From Parcubacteria group bacterium GW2011_GWA1_47_8 (GTDB taxonomy: Bacteria; Patescibacteriota; Minisyncoccia; Phycocordibacterales; UBA1550), in NCBI GenBank assembly GCA_000996605.1, contig LCOP01000001.1, forward strand, positions 1 to 39,652: a stretch of 39,652 bases of DNA, written 5' to 3'. The notes beneath the pieces are model-generated. The model searched no databases, had not been told where the DNA came from, and saw only the letters and a program-made list of their open reading frames with translations. The position numbers and the translations under genes are program-made. Of the stretch, positions 1-9,490 are shown piece after piece; position 1 is the first letter of the stretch; each line of letters opens with the position of its first letter.

Positions 1-2
1 TT

Positions 3-260
3 GAAGAAAAATTTACTTTTGTAGAGACCGCACCTGACTGCGGTTGTTTGGCATGGGTGTGGAAAAGTCAGGTTGCGGAGTTTCGTAATTCAAAGTATTT
101 TAAAACGCTCGCGAATGCGGGGCTTGCGGTGGCGCGGCTCGAGGAATGGCTCTCGCACCGCAAAAGCGAAAAAGGTCCACGCAAAGACGCGGAGGACCGC
201 GCGCGGATGGAGATACCCCTCTTTCTCTTTTTGGAAATCGAGAAGCATGCGGTAAGATAG
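3..260 (+). CDS. C-terminal part of a probable class I SAM-dependent methyltransferase (partial)
   Basis: The frame is open from the window edge. YFKTLANAGLAVARLEEWLSH...GPRKDAEDRARMEIPLFL resembles the C-terminus of a methyltransferase family as I recall it. The first ~95 nt do not look like that family. Confidence 0.5.
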   Translation, partial: EEKFTFVETAPDCGCLAWVWKSQVAEFRNSKYFKTLANAGLAVARLEEWLSHRKSEKGPRKDAEDRARMEIPLFLFLEIEKHAVR

Positions 261-267
261 AGATAAC

Positions 268-1254
268 ATGCTCGCCAACCTCATTGGGTTCATTTTAGGC
301 TTTTTTGCGCTTGTGGGCGCAGGGCTTTTCTCGTATACATATCTCGAGCACACGATAGGTCCGCGGACGACAAGCGAGATTGTTTCTGTGCAGACGACGA
401 AGGCAACTACTACGCCGGTTCGCCCGGTAAGCACTACGACGAAAATACACACACCTGCGCTCAAGGTTGTGACGACGACGGTGGTAAAAAAAGTAAACAC
501 GGTAGCGACATCGACGAACGAACAAATTATTGCACCAGGACCACTTCGCAAGCCGGTGTCTGTTGTTTTGCAAACATCGGCAAGCACGCTTTCGTTAAAT
601 GGCGTACTTTTTTATACCAACAAAGCGCGCGCGGAGAACGCCGGGCTTCCGCCACTTGCGGAGAATGCCACGCTTGACCGCGATGCGCAGATGAAACTCG
701 ATGATATGTTTGCCAAGCAGTATTTTGCGCATGAGTCGCCGACAGGGGTGGGGCCGGGCGACTTGGCACGGAGTGTCGGATATACATTTATTGTCGTGGG
801 AGAGAATCTTGCGCTTGGGGATTTTGACGGCGATAAGGGGCTTGTCGACGCATGGATGGCGAGTCCGGGGCACCGTGCCAATATTTTGAATGCGCAGTAC
901 CAGGAGATTGGGATTGCGGTTGGCAAGGGAATGTACGAGGGGCGCGAGACGTGGCTTGCGGTGCAGAGCTTTGGCGTGCCGCTCTCGGCGTGTCCGGCGA
1001 TTGATACGGGGATGAAAGCTCAAATAACCACGAATAGCACCGAGATTGCAGCCATGCGCGCCGTACTCAATGATCAAAAAACGCAAATCGATGCGACACC
1101 CCAAAATGACCCCAACTATAATGAGTATGTAGCGAAGTTTAATGCGCTGGTGCCGATTTATAATGCGATGGTTGAAACAAATCGTGTGCTTGTTGCTACA
1201 TTCAATACACAAGTGCAGGCATTCAATGCGTGCGTGAATGCGGTGACGCATTGA
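268..1254 (+). CDS. CAP (SCP-like) domain secreted/membrane-anchored protein
   Basis: N-terminal TM helix, Thr-rich linker, CAP motifs YFAHESP, GENLA and WMASPGHRANIL, and a C-terminal coiled coil. Confidence 0.9.
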   Translation: MLANLIGFILGFFALVGAGLFSYTYLEHTIGPRTTSEIVSVQTTKATTTPVRPVSTTTKIHTPALKVVTTTVVKKVNTVATSTNEQIIAPGPLRKPVSVVLQTSASTLSLNGVLFYTNKARAENAGLPPLAENATLDRDAQMKLDDMFAKQYFAHESPTGVGPGDLARSVGYTFIVVGENLALGDFDGDKGLVDAWMASPGHRANILNAQYQEIGIAVGKGMYEGRETWLAVQSFGVPLSACPAIDTGMKAQITTNSTEIAAMRAVLNDQKTQIDATPQNDPNYNEYVAKFNALVPIYNAMVETNRVLVATFNTQVQAFNACVNAVTH

Positions 1255-1305
1255 AAATCGTCCGCGAATTACGAGAAGCGCTTTTCTTTATGGTATTATA
1301 TCGCC

Positions 1306-2025
1306 ATGCCTACCCTTATTTTTGATATTGAAACCATTGGCGAGGATTTTGACACGCTTGATTCTGCGACGCAAGACACGCTCACACGCTGGATCAAAAA
1401 AGAATCCGGTGATGATGACAAGGGATACGAGCGCGCACTTGCCGACGTGAAGGACGGACTTGGGTTCTCGCCGCTCACGGGACGGATTGTTGCGATCGGT
1501 GTACTCGACGACGAACGCAACAAGGGCGCGGTGTATTTTGACGCGCCGAATGCGCGCGTCCCCATCTCCGACCTTGAAGAAAAGGGAATCAAATACAAAG
1601 TCCTCGGCGAAAAAGAAATGCTGGAGCATTTTTGGCGCGGTGTCGCCGAGTACGATGCATTCGTGAGCTTTAACGGACGCGGGTTTGACGTGCCGTTCCT
1701 CATGGTGCGCTCAGCGGTGCATGGTATTCGCCCGACCAAAGACCTCATGTCCAACCGCTATCTCGGAAGCCAAGACTATGAGTCCAAGCATATCGACCTC
1801 CTTGATCAGCTTACCTTTTACGGAGCGGTGCGTCGCAAAGGGAATTTGCATTTGTGGTGCCGCGCGTTCGGTATCGAAAGCCCTAAAGCCGCGGGCGTGA
1901 CGGGTGACGACGTGAAACGACTTTTTGCCGAAGGGAAATACGAAGATATCGCGCGCTACAATGCGGGCGACCTCCGTGCGACGCGTGATCTCTATCATCG
2001 TTGGCGGGATCACATGGCGTTTTAG
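1306..2025 (+). CDS. RNase H-like / PolB-type 3'-5' exonuclease domain protein
   Basis: ExoI FDIET, ExoII FNGRGFDVPFL, ExoIII YNAGD. Confidence 0.85.
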   Translation: MPTLIFDIETIGEDFDTLDSATQDTLTRWIKKESGDDDKGYERALADVKDGLGFSPLTGRIVAIGVLDDERNKGAVYFDAPNARVPISDLEEKGIKYKVLGEKEMLEHFWRGVAEYDAFVSFNGRGFDVPFLMVRSAVHGIRPTKDLMSNRYLGSQDYESKHIDLLDQLTFYGAVRRKGNLHLWCRAFGIESPKAAGVTGDDVKRLFAEGKYEDIARYNAGDLRATRDLYHRWRDHMAF

Positions 2026-2031
2026 GGAATA

Positions 2032-2176
2032 GAATTTAGAATTTTGAATGTGGAATATTGAATAGCACTCTAAATTTTCCAATTTGACCTCATAGTACTA
2101 AATCGGAGATTTTAAAATAATTAAATGGATGAATCGATTTTATTCGATATTCTACATTCCATCTTCAATATTCCAC
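2032..2176. repeat. Inverted pair of degenerate heptamer (GAATNNN) tandem arrays
   Basis: Five GAATNNN units at 2032-2066 and five NNNATTC-like units at 2139-2173. gtggaatattgaa (2050-2062) is the exact reverse complement of 2164-2176. Confidence 0.75.
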
Positions 2177-2198
2177 CCTCCCGTGCTACCATACCTCT

Positions 2199-3008
2199 AT
2201 GTCCGACTTCTACAAACCGCACCGCAAGCCCGATTGGAACTACGGTGGTCCGCGCTGGCGCCTCTCTCGGTCAAAGATAGACCTCTTTGAACAGTGTCCG
2301 CGCTGTTTTTATATCGACAACAAGCTCGGTACGGCGCGTCCGTCGGGCTTTCCGTTCAATTTGAACAGCGCCGTCGACCATCTCCTCAAGAAAGAATTTG
2401 ACATTCATCGTGCGGGGAAAACCGCGCATCCGCTCATGAAACAGTACGGGGTGGATGCGGTGCCATTTGACCACGAAAAGATGGGTGTGTGGCGCGAGAA
2501 TTTTAAAGGAATTGACTACAAGCACGAGGCGACGGGATTTACGATTTCCGGTGCGGTGGATGATGTGTGGGTGAACCTGGCGGGTGAGCTTATTGTGGTT
2601 GACTACAAAGCAACAAGCAAGGACGAAGAGATTACGACGCTTGATGAGGATTGGCATATTGGCTACAAGAGGCAAATGGAAGTGTATCAGTGGCTCTTGC
2701 GCAGGAACGGATTTAAGGTTTCCGATACGGGGTACTTTGTGTACGCAAACGGCATCAAGGATAAAAAGGCGTTTGACGGCAAGCTTGAGTTTGATGTTAC
2801 GTTGATCGCATATACGGGGAATGATGCATGGGTTGAAAAAACAATTCTCGCCATTAAAAAGTGTCTCGACACGAATGAGATCCCCGAAGTCGGCGCGCAC
2901 TGTGACTATTGCACCTATCGCAAAGCCGCACGTGACGTGCAGACGGAGTTTCGCGCCGCACAGGCAAAGTCCGTGTCCGCAGGCAAGAAGGACGCACTTT
3001 TTGATTAG
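2199..3008 (+). CDS. PD-(D/E)XK nuclease, Cas4/AddB-like, stand-alone
   Basis: SRSKI..F..CPRC, G.VDD, VDYKAT, QME.Y, and C-terminal CDYC. Confidence 0.85.
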   Translation: MSDFYKPHRKPDWNYGGPRWRLSRSKIDLFEQCPRCFYIDNKLGTARPSGFPFNLNSAVDHLLKKEFDIHRAGKTAHPLMKQYGVDAVPFDHEKMGVWRENFKGIDYKHEATGFTISGAVDDVWVNLAGELIVVDYKATSKDEEITTLDEDWHIGYKRQMEVYQWLLRRNGFKVSDTGYFVYANGIKDKKAFDGKLEFDVTLIAYTGNDAWVEKTILAIKKCLDTNEIPEVGAHCDYCTYRKAARDVQTEFRAAQAKSVSAGKKDALFD

Positions 3009-3108
3009 TCTATCGATTATTTGTTATTGTTGTATGTTGGCTCTTCCAGAAGACGCTGGGAGGAAAAAGTAAATTAAAAGGGAGAATAAAGGATGAAACA
3101 TACCTTCA

Positions 3109-3585
3109 TTGCTGTATTCGGGCGGTCCGGTTTCAACGGCGACGGCATACCTTTTGAGAGAAGAGCGTAAAGAATGTAAGGTTACTCTCTTTATGTTTTC
3201 AGACCCAAGGGTTCCGGAATACGATATGGAAAAGGTGACCGCGGTCGCCGTGGCTCACGCCTTCGGAGCGGAACACGGCGTAAAGGGAATGCTCTATGGA
3301 GAGGAAAATGATGTGAATGTCCTCTTTGCGTATGTCGCGGCAGGGAAGTATGCCTATGATCATGGAATACACGATGTGGTATGGGCAGTGCACAAAGGAA
3401 ATTTCAAGAGGGTAAATGTGTATCTTGATACCCTTAACACCTTTATGCGAGCGGCAAGGTTTTATGTTGTCGTCCGTGCCTCGTTCGTCAATGACTCACG
3501 AGCGAGTATCCTCTCGCGAGGAGAACAAACGGGAGCCCCACTGCACCTTTTCAATCAGTTCGACGAAGAGAGCAAGGCGGCATAA
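3109..3585 (+). CDS. Degenerate QueC/PP-loop-like protein, possibly frameshifted at the 5' end
   Basis: LLYSGGPVST resembles the PP-loop SGGxDS but lacks the Asp. The SD-preceded ATG at 3093 is in a different frame. Confidence 0.4.
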   Translation: MLYSGGPVSTATAYLLREERKECKVTLFMFSDPRVPEYDMEKVTAVAVAHAFGAEHGVKGMLYGEENDVNVLFAYVAAGKYAYDHGIHDVVWAVHKGNFKRVNVYLDTLNTFMRAARFYVVVRASFVNDSRASILSRGEQTGAPLHLFNQFDEESKAA

Positions 3586-3622
3586 TTCCCCACACAAAAA
3601 AAGACAATAGAAAATCTGGTAA

Positions 3623-3658
3623 GCCCCACTTTGCAGTATGCAGAGTGGGGTGTTTTTT
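3623..3658 (+). terminator. Rho-independent terminator
   Basis: ccccactttgca-gta-tgcagagtgggg hairpin followed by a T tract. Confidence 0.75.
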
Positions 3659-3812
3659 AAACCCATCAGCCTTTCAAATTCCTTCTTCGTATGCGACAAT
3701 GTGAGGAATACTTGTCCCGTTAGAAGTTTCGTCACAATCAGTCTTTACTTAAGATGGGAAAGTCGGTAGTATAATAGTATTTTAGGATTTCAATAATCGA
3801 ACTTCTAACGGG

Positions 3813-4661
3813 ATGAAAAAAGAACATACCGCGTGGGTGATAAAAACATCGGGCGAGCGGGAGCCGTTTTCCTTGGCGAAGCTACGGCACTCGCTCCGTC
3901 GTGCGGGCGCCGACGAGGAAATCATCGAATCTGTCGTGTCGCATGTGCTTCCCGAGCTTCGCGACGGTTTGTCGACATCAGAAATCTATCGCCACGCATT
4001 CACCATCCTCAAGAAAAAGCGCTATGTGGTCGCGGCGCGGTATAGCCTCCGCCGTGCGGTGCTCAACCTCGGGCCGAGCGGATTCCCCTTCGAGAAGTTT
4101 ATTGCCGAGATTTTGAAAAAGAAAGGCTACCAAACAAAAACGGGCGTCGTCTTGCCGGGATTTTGCGTTACGCACGAAGTTGATGTGCTTGCAGAAAAGG
4201 ATGACCGACATATTTTCGTCGAGGCGAAGTTCCACAACCAGCTGGGGATCAAGAGTGATGTCAAAGTCGCGCTCTATGTGTACGCGCGGTTTCTTGATTT
4301 GCAAAAAGGGCATGATCATCGTGAGGATAAAACCCCCAAGATTCACGAGGGTTGGCTCGTCACCAACACAAAACTCACACATGATGCTATTGCGTACGCA
4401 CAGTGTGCGGGACTCAAGCTTATTGGCTGGGACTATCCGCACGAAGGGAATTTGCAAGACTTGATTATGGAAACCAAAGTTCACCCACTGACGTGCCTCA
4501 CGACGCTGAGTGCCTCCCATAAGACGAGTCTCTTGAATCAGGGAATCGTTATGTGTACGGATTTACAGAAGAAAAATCAAGAACTCAAAGCACTGGGCTT
4601 CTCTCCTGAAAAAATTGCCGGCGTGATGAGTGAAATTGACGCGGTGTGTCAGGAGTTTTAG
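3813..4661 (+). CDS. ATP-cone domain plus restriction-endonuclease-like (Mrr-type PD-(D/E)XK) protein
   Basis: N-terminal VIKTSGEREPFS..KL (ATP cone), then GFPFEKFI, EVDV and VEAK nuclease motifs. Confidence 0.8.
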   Translation: MKKEHTAWVIKTSGEREPFSLAKLRHSLRRAGADEEIIESVVSHVLPELRDGLSTSEIYRHAFTILKKKRYVVAARYSLRRAVLNLGPSGFPFEKFIAEILKKKGYQTKTGVVLPGFCVTHEVDVLAEKDDRHIFVEAKFHNQLGIKSDVKVALYVYARFLDLQKGHDHREDKTPKIHEGWLVTNTKLTHDAIAYAQCAGLKLIGWDYPHEGNLQDLIMETKVHPLTCLTTLSASHKTSLLNQGIVMCTDLQKKNQELKALGFSPEKIAGVMSEIDAVCQEF

Positions 4662-4693
4662 TTTTTACACGTTTTTGATATACTTACATCACC

Positions 4694-5209
4694 ATGGAAT
4701 TCATCGACGCCCACACCACCGACATTATTTTGAAGCTCGTACTCGCGCTTTTGCTCGGCATGTTGATTGGTCTCGAGCGCTCTATCGCAGGCAAGACTGC
4801 GGGGATGCGGACGTACGGATTGGTTGCCTTGGGGGCGGCGCTTTTTTCCATCGTCGGTATCCTCGCTTCGGGCGGCTACGAATCGGCGGTGGCGCTTACC
4901 AACTCAACGCGTTTTGCGTCGCAGATTATCACCGGCATCGGGTTTATCGGCGCGGGGTTGGTTATATTTAAACAAGCGCGCGTGAGCGGGGTCACGACTG
5001 CCGCCGGTATTTGGATTGCGGCGGGGGTCGGCATGGCGGTCGGGTACGGGTTTTATACACTTGCTATTGCGGCGACGGTTCTCTCGCTTTTCTCGCTTAC
5101 GATATTGTGGTTCGTCGAGAATCGTCTGACGAAGTTTGTGCGTAGCTCGGTGTTCCCCGGACAGCAAAATGATACCCTGCACAAAGAGCTCGATGACCGT
5201 GAAGACTAA
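4694..5209 (+). CDS. MgtC/SapB family membrane protein
   Basis: GLER...KTAGMRT, IITGIGFIGAG, GVTTAA.IW. Confidence 0.9.
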   Translation: MEFIDAHTTDIILKLVLALLLGMLIGLERSIAGKTAGMRTYGLVALGAALFSIVGILASGGYESAVALTNSTRFASQIITGIGFIGAGLVIFKQARVSGVTTAAGIWIAAGVGMAVGYGFYTLAIAATVLSLFSLTILWFVENRLTKFVRSSVFPGQQNDTLHKELDDRED

Positions 5210-5319
5210 TATATCAATATTTTATGTCCTATATCATCCTTTTCGCATCACTCCTTCTTATCCTCGTCATCGCGAAAGACCTCCGTTCGTGCAAACGACA
5301 AAATAAGTGCAAATAATCT

Positions 5320-5742
5320 ATGTGGCTTTTTTACGCATTTTTTTCAGCATTTACTGCGGCATTGGTCGCTATTTTTGCGAAGCTGGGGCTCAAAGACATT
5401 GATTCGACGCTCGCTACCACGGTGCGTGCGGTTATTATGGCGGTGTTTCTTGTTTCGTTTGCACTTGCCCTCAAGAAATTTGATGGGTTTACTGTGGCCT
5501 CATTCACGGGGCGCGAGTGGGTGCTCATTATTCTCTCGGGTATTGCGGGGGCGTTCTCTTGGCTATTCTACTTTTTTGCACTCAAGTCTGGGACCGCATC
5601 GCAAGTCGTCGCGATTGATAAATTAAGTGTGGTAATGGTTGTCATACTTGCGGTTGTCTTTCTCGGAGAAACGCTTACATGGAAGACGGGAATCGGTGCC
5701 GCGCTCATGACGGTTGGTGCGATTTTGATGGTGTTGACATAA
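5320..5742 (+). CDS. EamA/DMT family small transporter
   Basis: Five hydrophobic helices; SWLFYFFALK.G.AS.V..IDKLS motif. Confidence 0.88.
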   Translation: MWLFYAFFSAFTAALVAIFAKLGLKDIDSTLATTVRAVIMAVFLVSFALALKKFDGFTVASFTGREWVLIILSGIAGAFSWLFYFFALKSGTASQVVAIDKLSVVMVVILAVVFLGETLTWKTGIGAALMTVGAILMVLT

Positions 5743-5791
5743 GCCATTGTCGTTTTGTAAAGTAACATAGTTGTATTAAGATAAGTAAATT

Positions 5792-7567
5792 ATGGACTCA
5801 CGCGAAATTAGAAGTCGATTTTTGAAGTTTTTTGAGAAGCGGGGACACGCAGTCATTCCTTCGGCGCCACTTGTGCCCGAGAACGATCCATCCGTGCTTT
5901 TTAACACCGCTGGCATGCAGCCGCTCGTGCCATACCTCATGGGCGCGCCACATCCACAGGGTAAGCGTCTCGTGAACGCACAAAAATGCGTGCGCACGCA
6001 AGACATCGATGAAGTGGGGGACAATACGCACGACACCTTCTTTGAAATGCTCGGCAATTGGTCGCTTGGGGACTATTTCAAAGAAGACGCGATCAAGTGG
6101 AGCTATGAATTTTTGACGTCCAAAGAAGAAGGGCTTGGTCTCGACCCTAAGCGGCTTTATGTTACTGTATTCGAGGGTAACAACGACGCGCCGCGTGATA
6201 ATGAAGCGTTTGAGATTTGGAAAAAGTACGTTCCAGAGAACCGTATTTATTTCATGCCTGCAAAGTCCAACTGGTGGAGTCCGGGCGACAATGGTCCGTG
6301 CGGTCCCGATACGGAAATGTTTTATGATGTGACCGAGCGCGGCTTGGGCGACATGACCAAAGAAGAATACATGGCGGCGGATGATCGTCAAGATGTCGTC
6401 GAGATATGGAACGATGTTTTTATGGAATATGAGAAAGAGGGCGGCAAGGTTGTGGGAAAGCTTGCGAGTAAGAATGTTGATACCGGTTCGGGATTGGAGC
6501 GCGTGGTCATGATGGTGCAGGGTAAGAATAACATTTTTGATACGGATCTTTTTGTGTCGGTGATGGGGAAGATAAAAGAACTTGTCGGTGGTGAAATCCG
6601 CGACGTGCGGGCATCGCGGATCGTTGCTGACCATATTCGTACGGGGGTTATGATAATCGCCGATGGCGTGCGTCCGGCAAACACCGATCAGGGGTATATT
6701 TTGCGAAGGCTTCTTCGCCGCGCGGTGCGTTATGCCGACGTACTCGGTATCGGGCACAACATGCTTGCTGGACTCGTCCCGATCATTGCGGAGAAATATA
6801 CGGGTGTGTATGACAATGTTGCTGCGCAGGCGACATTCATCGCCGACGAGATTCGCAAAGAAGAAGAGAAGTTCAGGCAGATGCTTGAGCGGGGGATGAA
6901 AGAATTTGCTCACATAAGCAAGCGCGGGGGAGTTTCTGCCGTTGACGTATTTCAACTTTTTTCAACCTACGGGTTTCCTTTGGAAATGACCGAAGAGCTT
7001 GCAAAAGAGCAGGGGATTACGGTCGACCGCGCGGGGTTCGAAGCGGAGTTTAAAAAACATCAGGACCTTTCGCGTACGAGCACTGAAGGGAAGTTTAAGG
7101 GAGGTCTGGCAAACAACAGTGAAAAGACAACCGCACTTCATACGGCAACACACCTCATGCTCGCGGGCTTGCGCAAATATCTGGGCGATAGCGTGCACCA
7201 AGCGGGATCGAACATCACTGAGGAGCGCACGCGGTTTGACTTCACGTATCCGGAGAAAGTTCCGCGTGATGTGCTCGATAAAGTGGAAGCGTACGTGAAC
7301 GAAGCGATTGGCAAACACTCGATCGTGAAGATTGAGCAGATGAAAAAAGAAGACGCGAAAGCGGCGGGTGTCGAGGGGAGCTTTTGGGAGAAGTATCCGG
7401 ATGTGGTGAACGTGTATTCGGTCGTCGTTCCCGACAGCACCACCTACTCCCGCGAGCTCTGTGGTGGTCCGCACGTCGTGCAAACGGAGGGTATGGGAAA
7501 GTTTAAGATTGTCAAAGAAGAAGCTTCATCCGCCGGCATCCGCCGCATCAAAGCGGTGTTGGAATAA
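5792..7567 (+). CDS. alaS: Alanine--tRNA ligase (short form without C-Ala domain)
   Basis: LFNTAGMQP, HDTFFEMLGNWS.GDYFK, DTGSGLER, editing motifs HTATH and ELCGGPH; ends right after GIRRIKA. Confidence 0.97.
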   Translation: MDSREIRSRFLKFFEKRGHAVIPSAPLVPENDPSVLFNTAGMQPLVPYLMGAPHPQGKRLVNAQKCVRTQDIDEVGDNTHDTFFEMLGNWSLGDYFKEDAIKWSYEFLTSKEEGLGLDPKRLYVTVFEGNNDAPRDNEAFEIWKKYVPENRIYFMPAKSNWWSPGDNGPCGPDTEMFYDVTERGLGDMTKEEYMAADDRQDVVEIWNDVFMEYEKEGGKVVGKLASKNVDTGSGLERVVMMVQGKNNIFDTDLFVSVMGKIKELVGGEIRDVRASRIVADHIRTGVMIIADGVRPANTDQGYILRRLLRRAVRYADVLGIGHNMLAGLVPIIAEKYTGVYDNVAAQATFIADEIRKEEEKFRQMLERGMKEFAHISKRGGVSAVDVFQLFSTYGFPLEMTEELAKEQGITVDRAGFEAEFKKHQDLSRTSTEGKFKGGLANNSEKTTALHTATHLMLAGLRKYLGDSVHQAGSNITEERTRFDFTYPEKVPRDVLDKVEAYVNEAIGKHSIVKIEQMKKEDAKAAGVEGSFWEKYPDVVNVYSVVVPDSTTYSRELCGGPHVVQTEGMGKFKIVKEEASSAGIRRIKAVLE

Positions 7568-7720
7568 ACTTGGGTTTACATAGGAAACATAGGAATTGCC
7601 TATGTAAATGGATGGTGTGGTGTAATACTATGACTGAAAAGTGGGTTTGGCGAGGTTAGTAAAAAGACGGCCGCAACATCCTTGTTGAGGCCGAGCACTG
7701 TTCTAGGCAGGTGCTAACCC

Positions 7721-8166
7721 TCACTCTGTTTTTTCTGAAGTTTTTCGAGCGCGTGAATCATCGTGGAGATTATCTCTCGCGCGATTTTCATTGCGGTATC
7801 CTCGGTCGCATTCCCCCTGATCCATCGTTCGTATCCCAATAAGACCATCTTGGAACCACGCGACCCGTTCGGCGATGGTACTCTCTGGCACTACAGAGTA
7901 TTTTGCAAGGGCGCAGTCTATCACTCCCCACGTCGGATAGCGATAGGCGGATGTTTCGTCCGTGTTGTGCGGAGGTCGAAGGGGGAGCTCATATTTTATC
8001 TCCTCAAGCAATCTCATGAGGCCGCCGCTGTTGTAACACGTTTTCCCGTCCTTTTGAAAGTGCGAGCTTTTTCCCCGCGTACATGCGCATCGGCACGATA
8101 AAGCGCTTGGAGCGCATTCATTAAATATTTACTACTCAGTGATCTGTGTTTTCTTGCTGGGGACAT
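7721..8166 (-). other. Two small overlapping hypothetical ORFs (8166-8014 and 8017-7721) or one frameshifted gene
   Basis: The ATG at 8166 has a purine-rich upstream sequence and its stop overlaps (ATGA) the 98-aa ORF. No recognisable motif. Confidence 0.25.
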
Positions 8167-8286
8167 TTCCCACCTTCCTGCTCCAGGGGAGCGTTTGAGC
8201 CTAATGAGATACTACGTCAAGAATCCCGGGAAGTAAATACCTCAAAGCATTTGCGTCGTTCCTCTCTTGGCGATATACTATAGGTA

Positions 8287-9468
8287 ATGAAATTCTCCTT
8301 TCTTCAAAAACAAAAGCAGAACAAATCACTGACACTTTTGATCGATATTGGTTCAGCGAGCGTGGGTGTTGCGCTTACAGAAATCCACGAGGGGAAGCCG
8401 CCACAAATTCATAAATCGGTTCGCGAGACCATCCCGTTCCATGACGTACTGTCTTCTCCGCGCTTTTTAATCGCGATGAATCACGCGCTCATGCGCGCCC
8501 TTGCCCGCGTCCAAGAGGAGACAAAAGAGTTTGGTGCACCAGTGCATATCGTATGTACTCTTGCCTCCCCGTGGTTTATTTTGAAAAGTCGCCACCTTCG
8601 CATCGAGCGCACGGTCGCGTTTGAAATCACTGAACGTACCCTCGCCGAGTTTCTTCTCGAAGATATAGAGAAACTCAAGGAGGAAATTAAAGACATTTTG
8701 CCCGCTCCACAAATAGAGATTATAGAAAAGCACGTCATTCGGGTGAAGTTGAACGGATATGAGGTCAAGAATCCGTACGCACAAAAGACAACCCATGCGG
8801 AGGTAGATGTCGTGACGGGAGTTTCTTCGAAGCGGGTCATCGAGAGTATCAAGCATGTCCTCGGCAGTTTTTTCCAAAACGAAACGATTCGTTTTGGCGC
8901 GTTTCCTGTCGCGGCGTTTAGTGCGATACGCGATGTTTTTCTCCATGAAGAGAGCTTCTTGTTCCTCGATATTACTGGAGAGGCAACCGACGTTTCTCTG
9001 GTGCGGGACAATCTCTTGATGGGAACTGTGTCGTTTCCGTACGGAAAAAACTTTTTTATTCGAAAACTATCCGCGGGGCTCCAAGCGCCGCAAGAAGATG
9101 CCGTATCGACATTTGCAATGTTTCTCTCCGGCACCTTGGATCAAAAGAAGCATGGGCGGGTGAAGGGGATTGTCGAAGCGAGTTCTGCAGAGTGGCTGGC
9201 GTCATTCGAAAATGCCCTCGGAGAACTTTCGAGAGAAGGGGCGCTTCCACATAAAATATTTTTTTCTTCAGATGATGACATCGCCAAAATATTTTCTAGT
9301 TTGATACAAGAGGCAAAATCAACCCTGCTTCGCGGAGAGAAATTTGAAGCACAATGCCTTGATCAATTTATTGTGGCGCGGTTTGTTTCTTTTGATACCG
9401 GGGTGGTACGGGATCCGTTCATTGTCATTGAGGCACTTTTTGCACAGAAGCTTTTTGTGCAAAAGTGA
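8287..9468 (+). CDS. FtsA/PilM-like actin-fold protein
   Basis: LLIDIGSASV phosphate-1 motif, FLDITGEATDV phosphate-2-like motif, and F.YG..F. Confidence 0.65.
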   Translation: MKFSFLQKQKQNKSLTLLIDIGSASVGVALTEIHEGKPPQIHKSVRETIPFHDVLSSPRFLIAMNHALMRALARVQEETKEFGAPVHIVCTLASPWFILKSRHLRIERTVAFEITERTLAEFLLEDIEKLKEEIKDILPAPQIEIIEKHVIRVKLNGYEVKNPYAQKTTHAEVDVVTGVSSKRVIESIKHVLGSFFQNETIRFGAFPVAAFSAIRDVFLHEESFLFLDITGEATDVSLVRDNLLMGTVSFPYGKNFFIRKLSAGLQAPQEDAVSTFAMFLSGTLDQKKHGRVKGIVEASSAEWLASFENALGELSREGALPHKIFFSSDDDIAKIFSSLIQEAKSTLLRGEKFEAQCLDQFIVARFVSFDTGVVRDPFIVIEALFAQKLFVQK

Positions 9469-9490
9469 TATACTGAATATATTATTTATT

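Noticed and set aside
9344-9490. Upstream start for the 502-aa ORF
   Set aside because: It overlaps the preceding gene by 125 nt; ATG 9491 is more plausible. The same reasoning applies to starts at 29898, 37083 and 19905.
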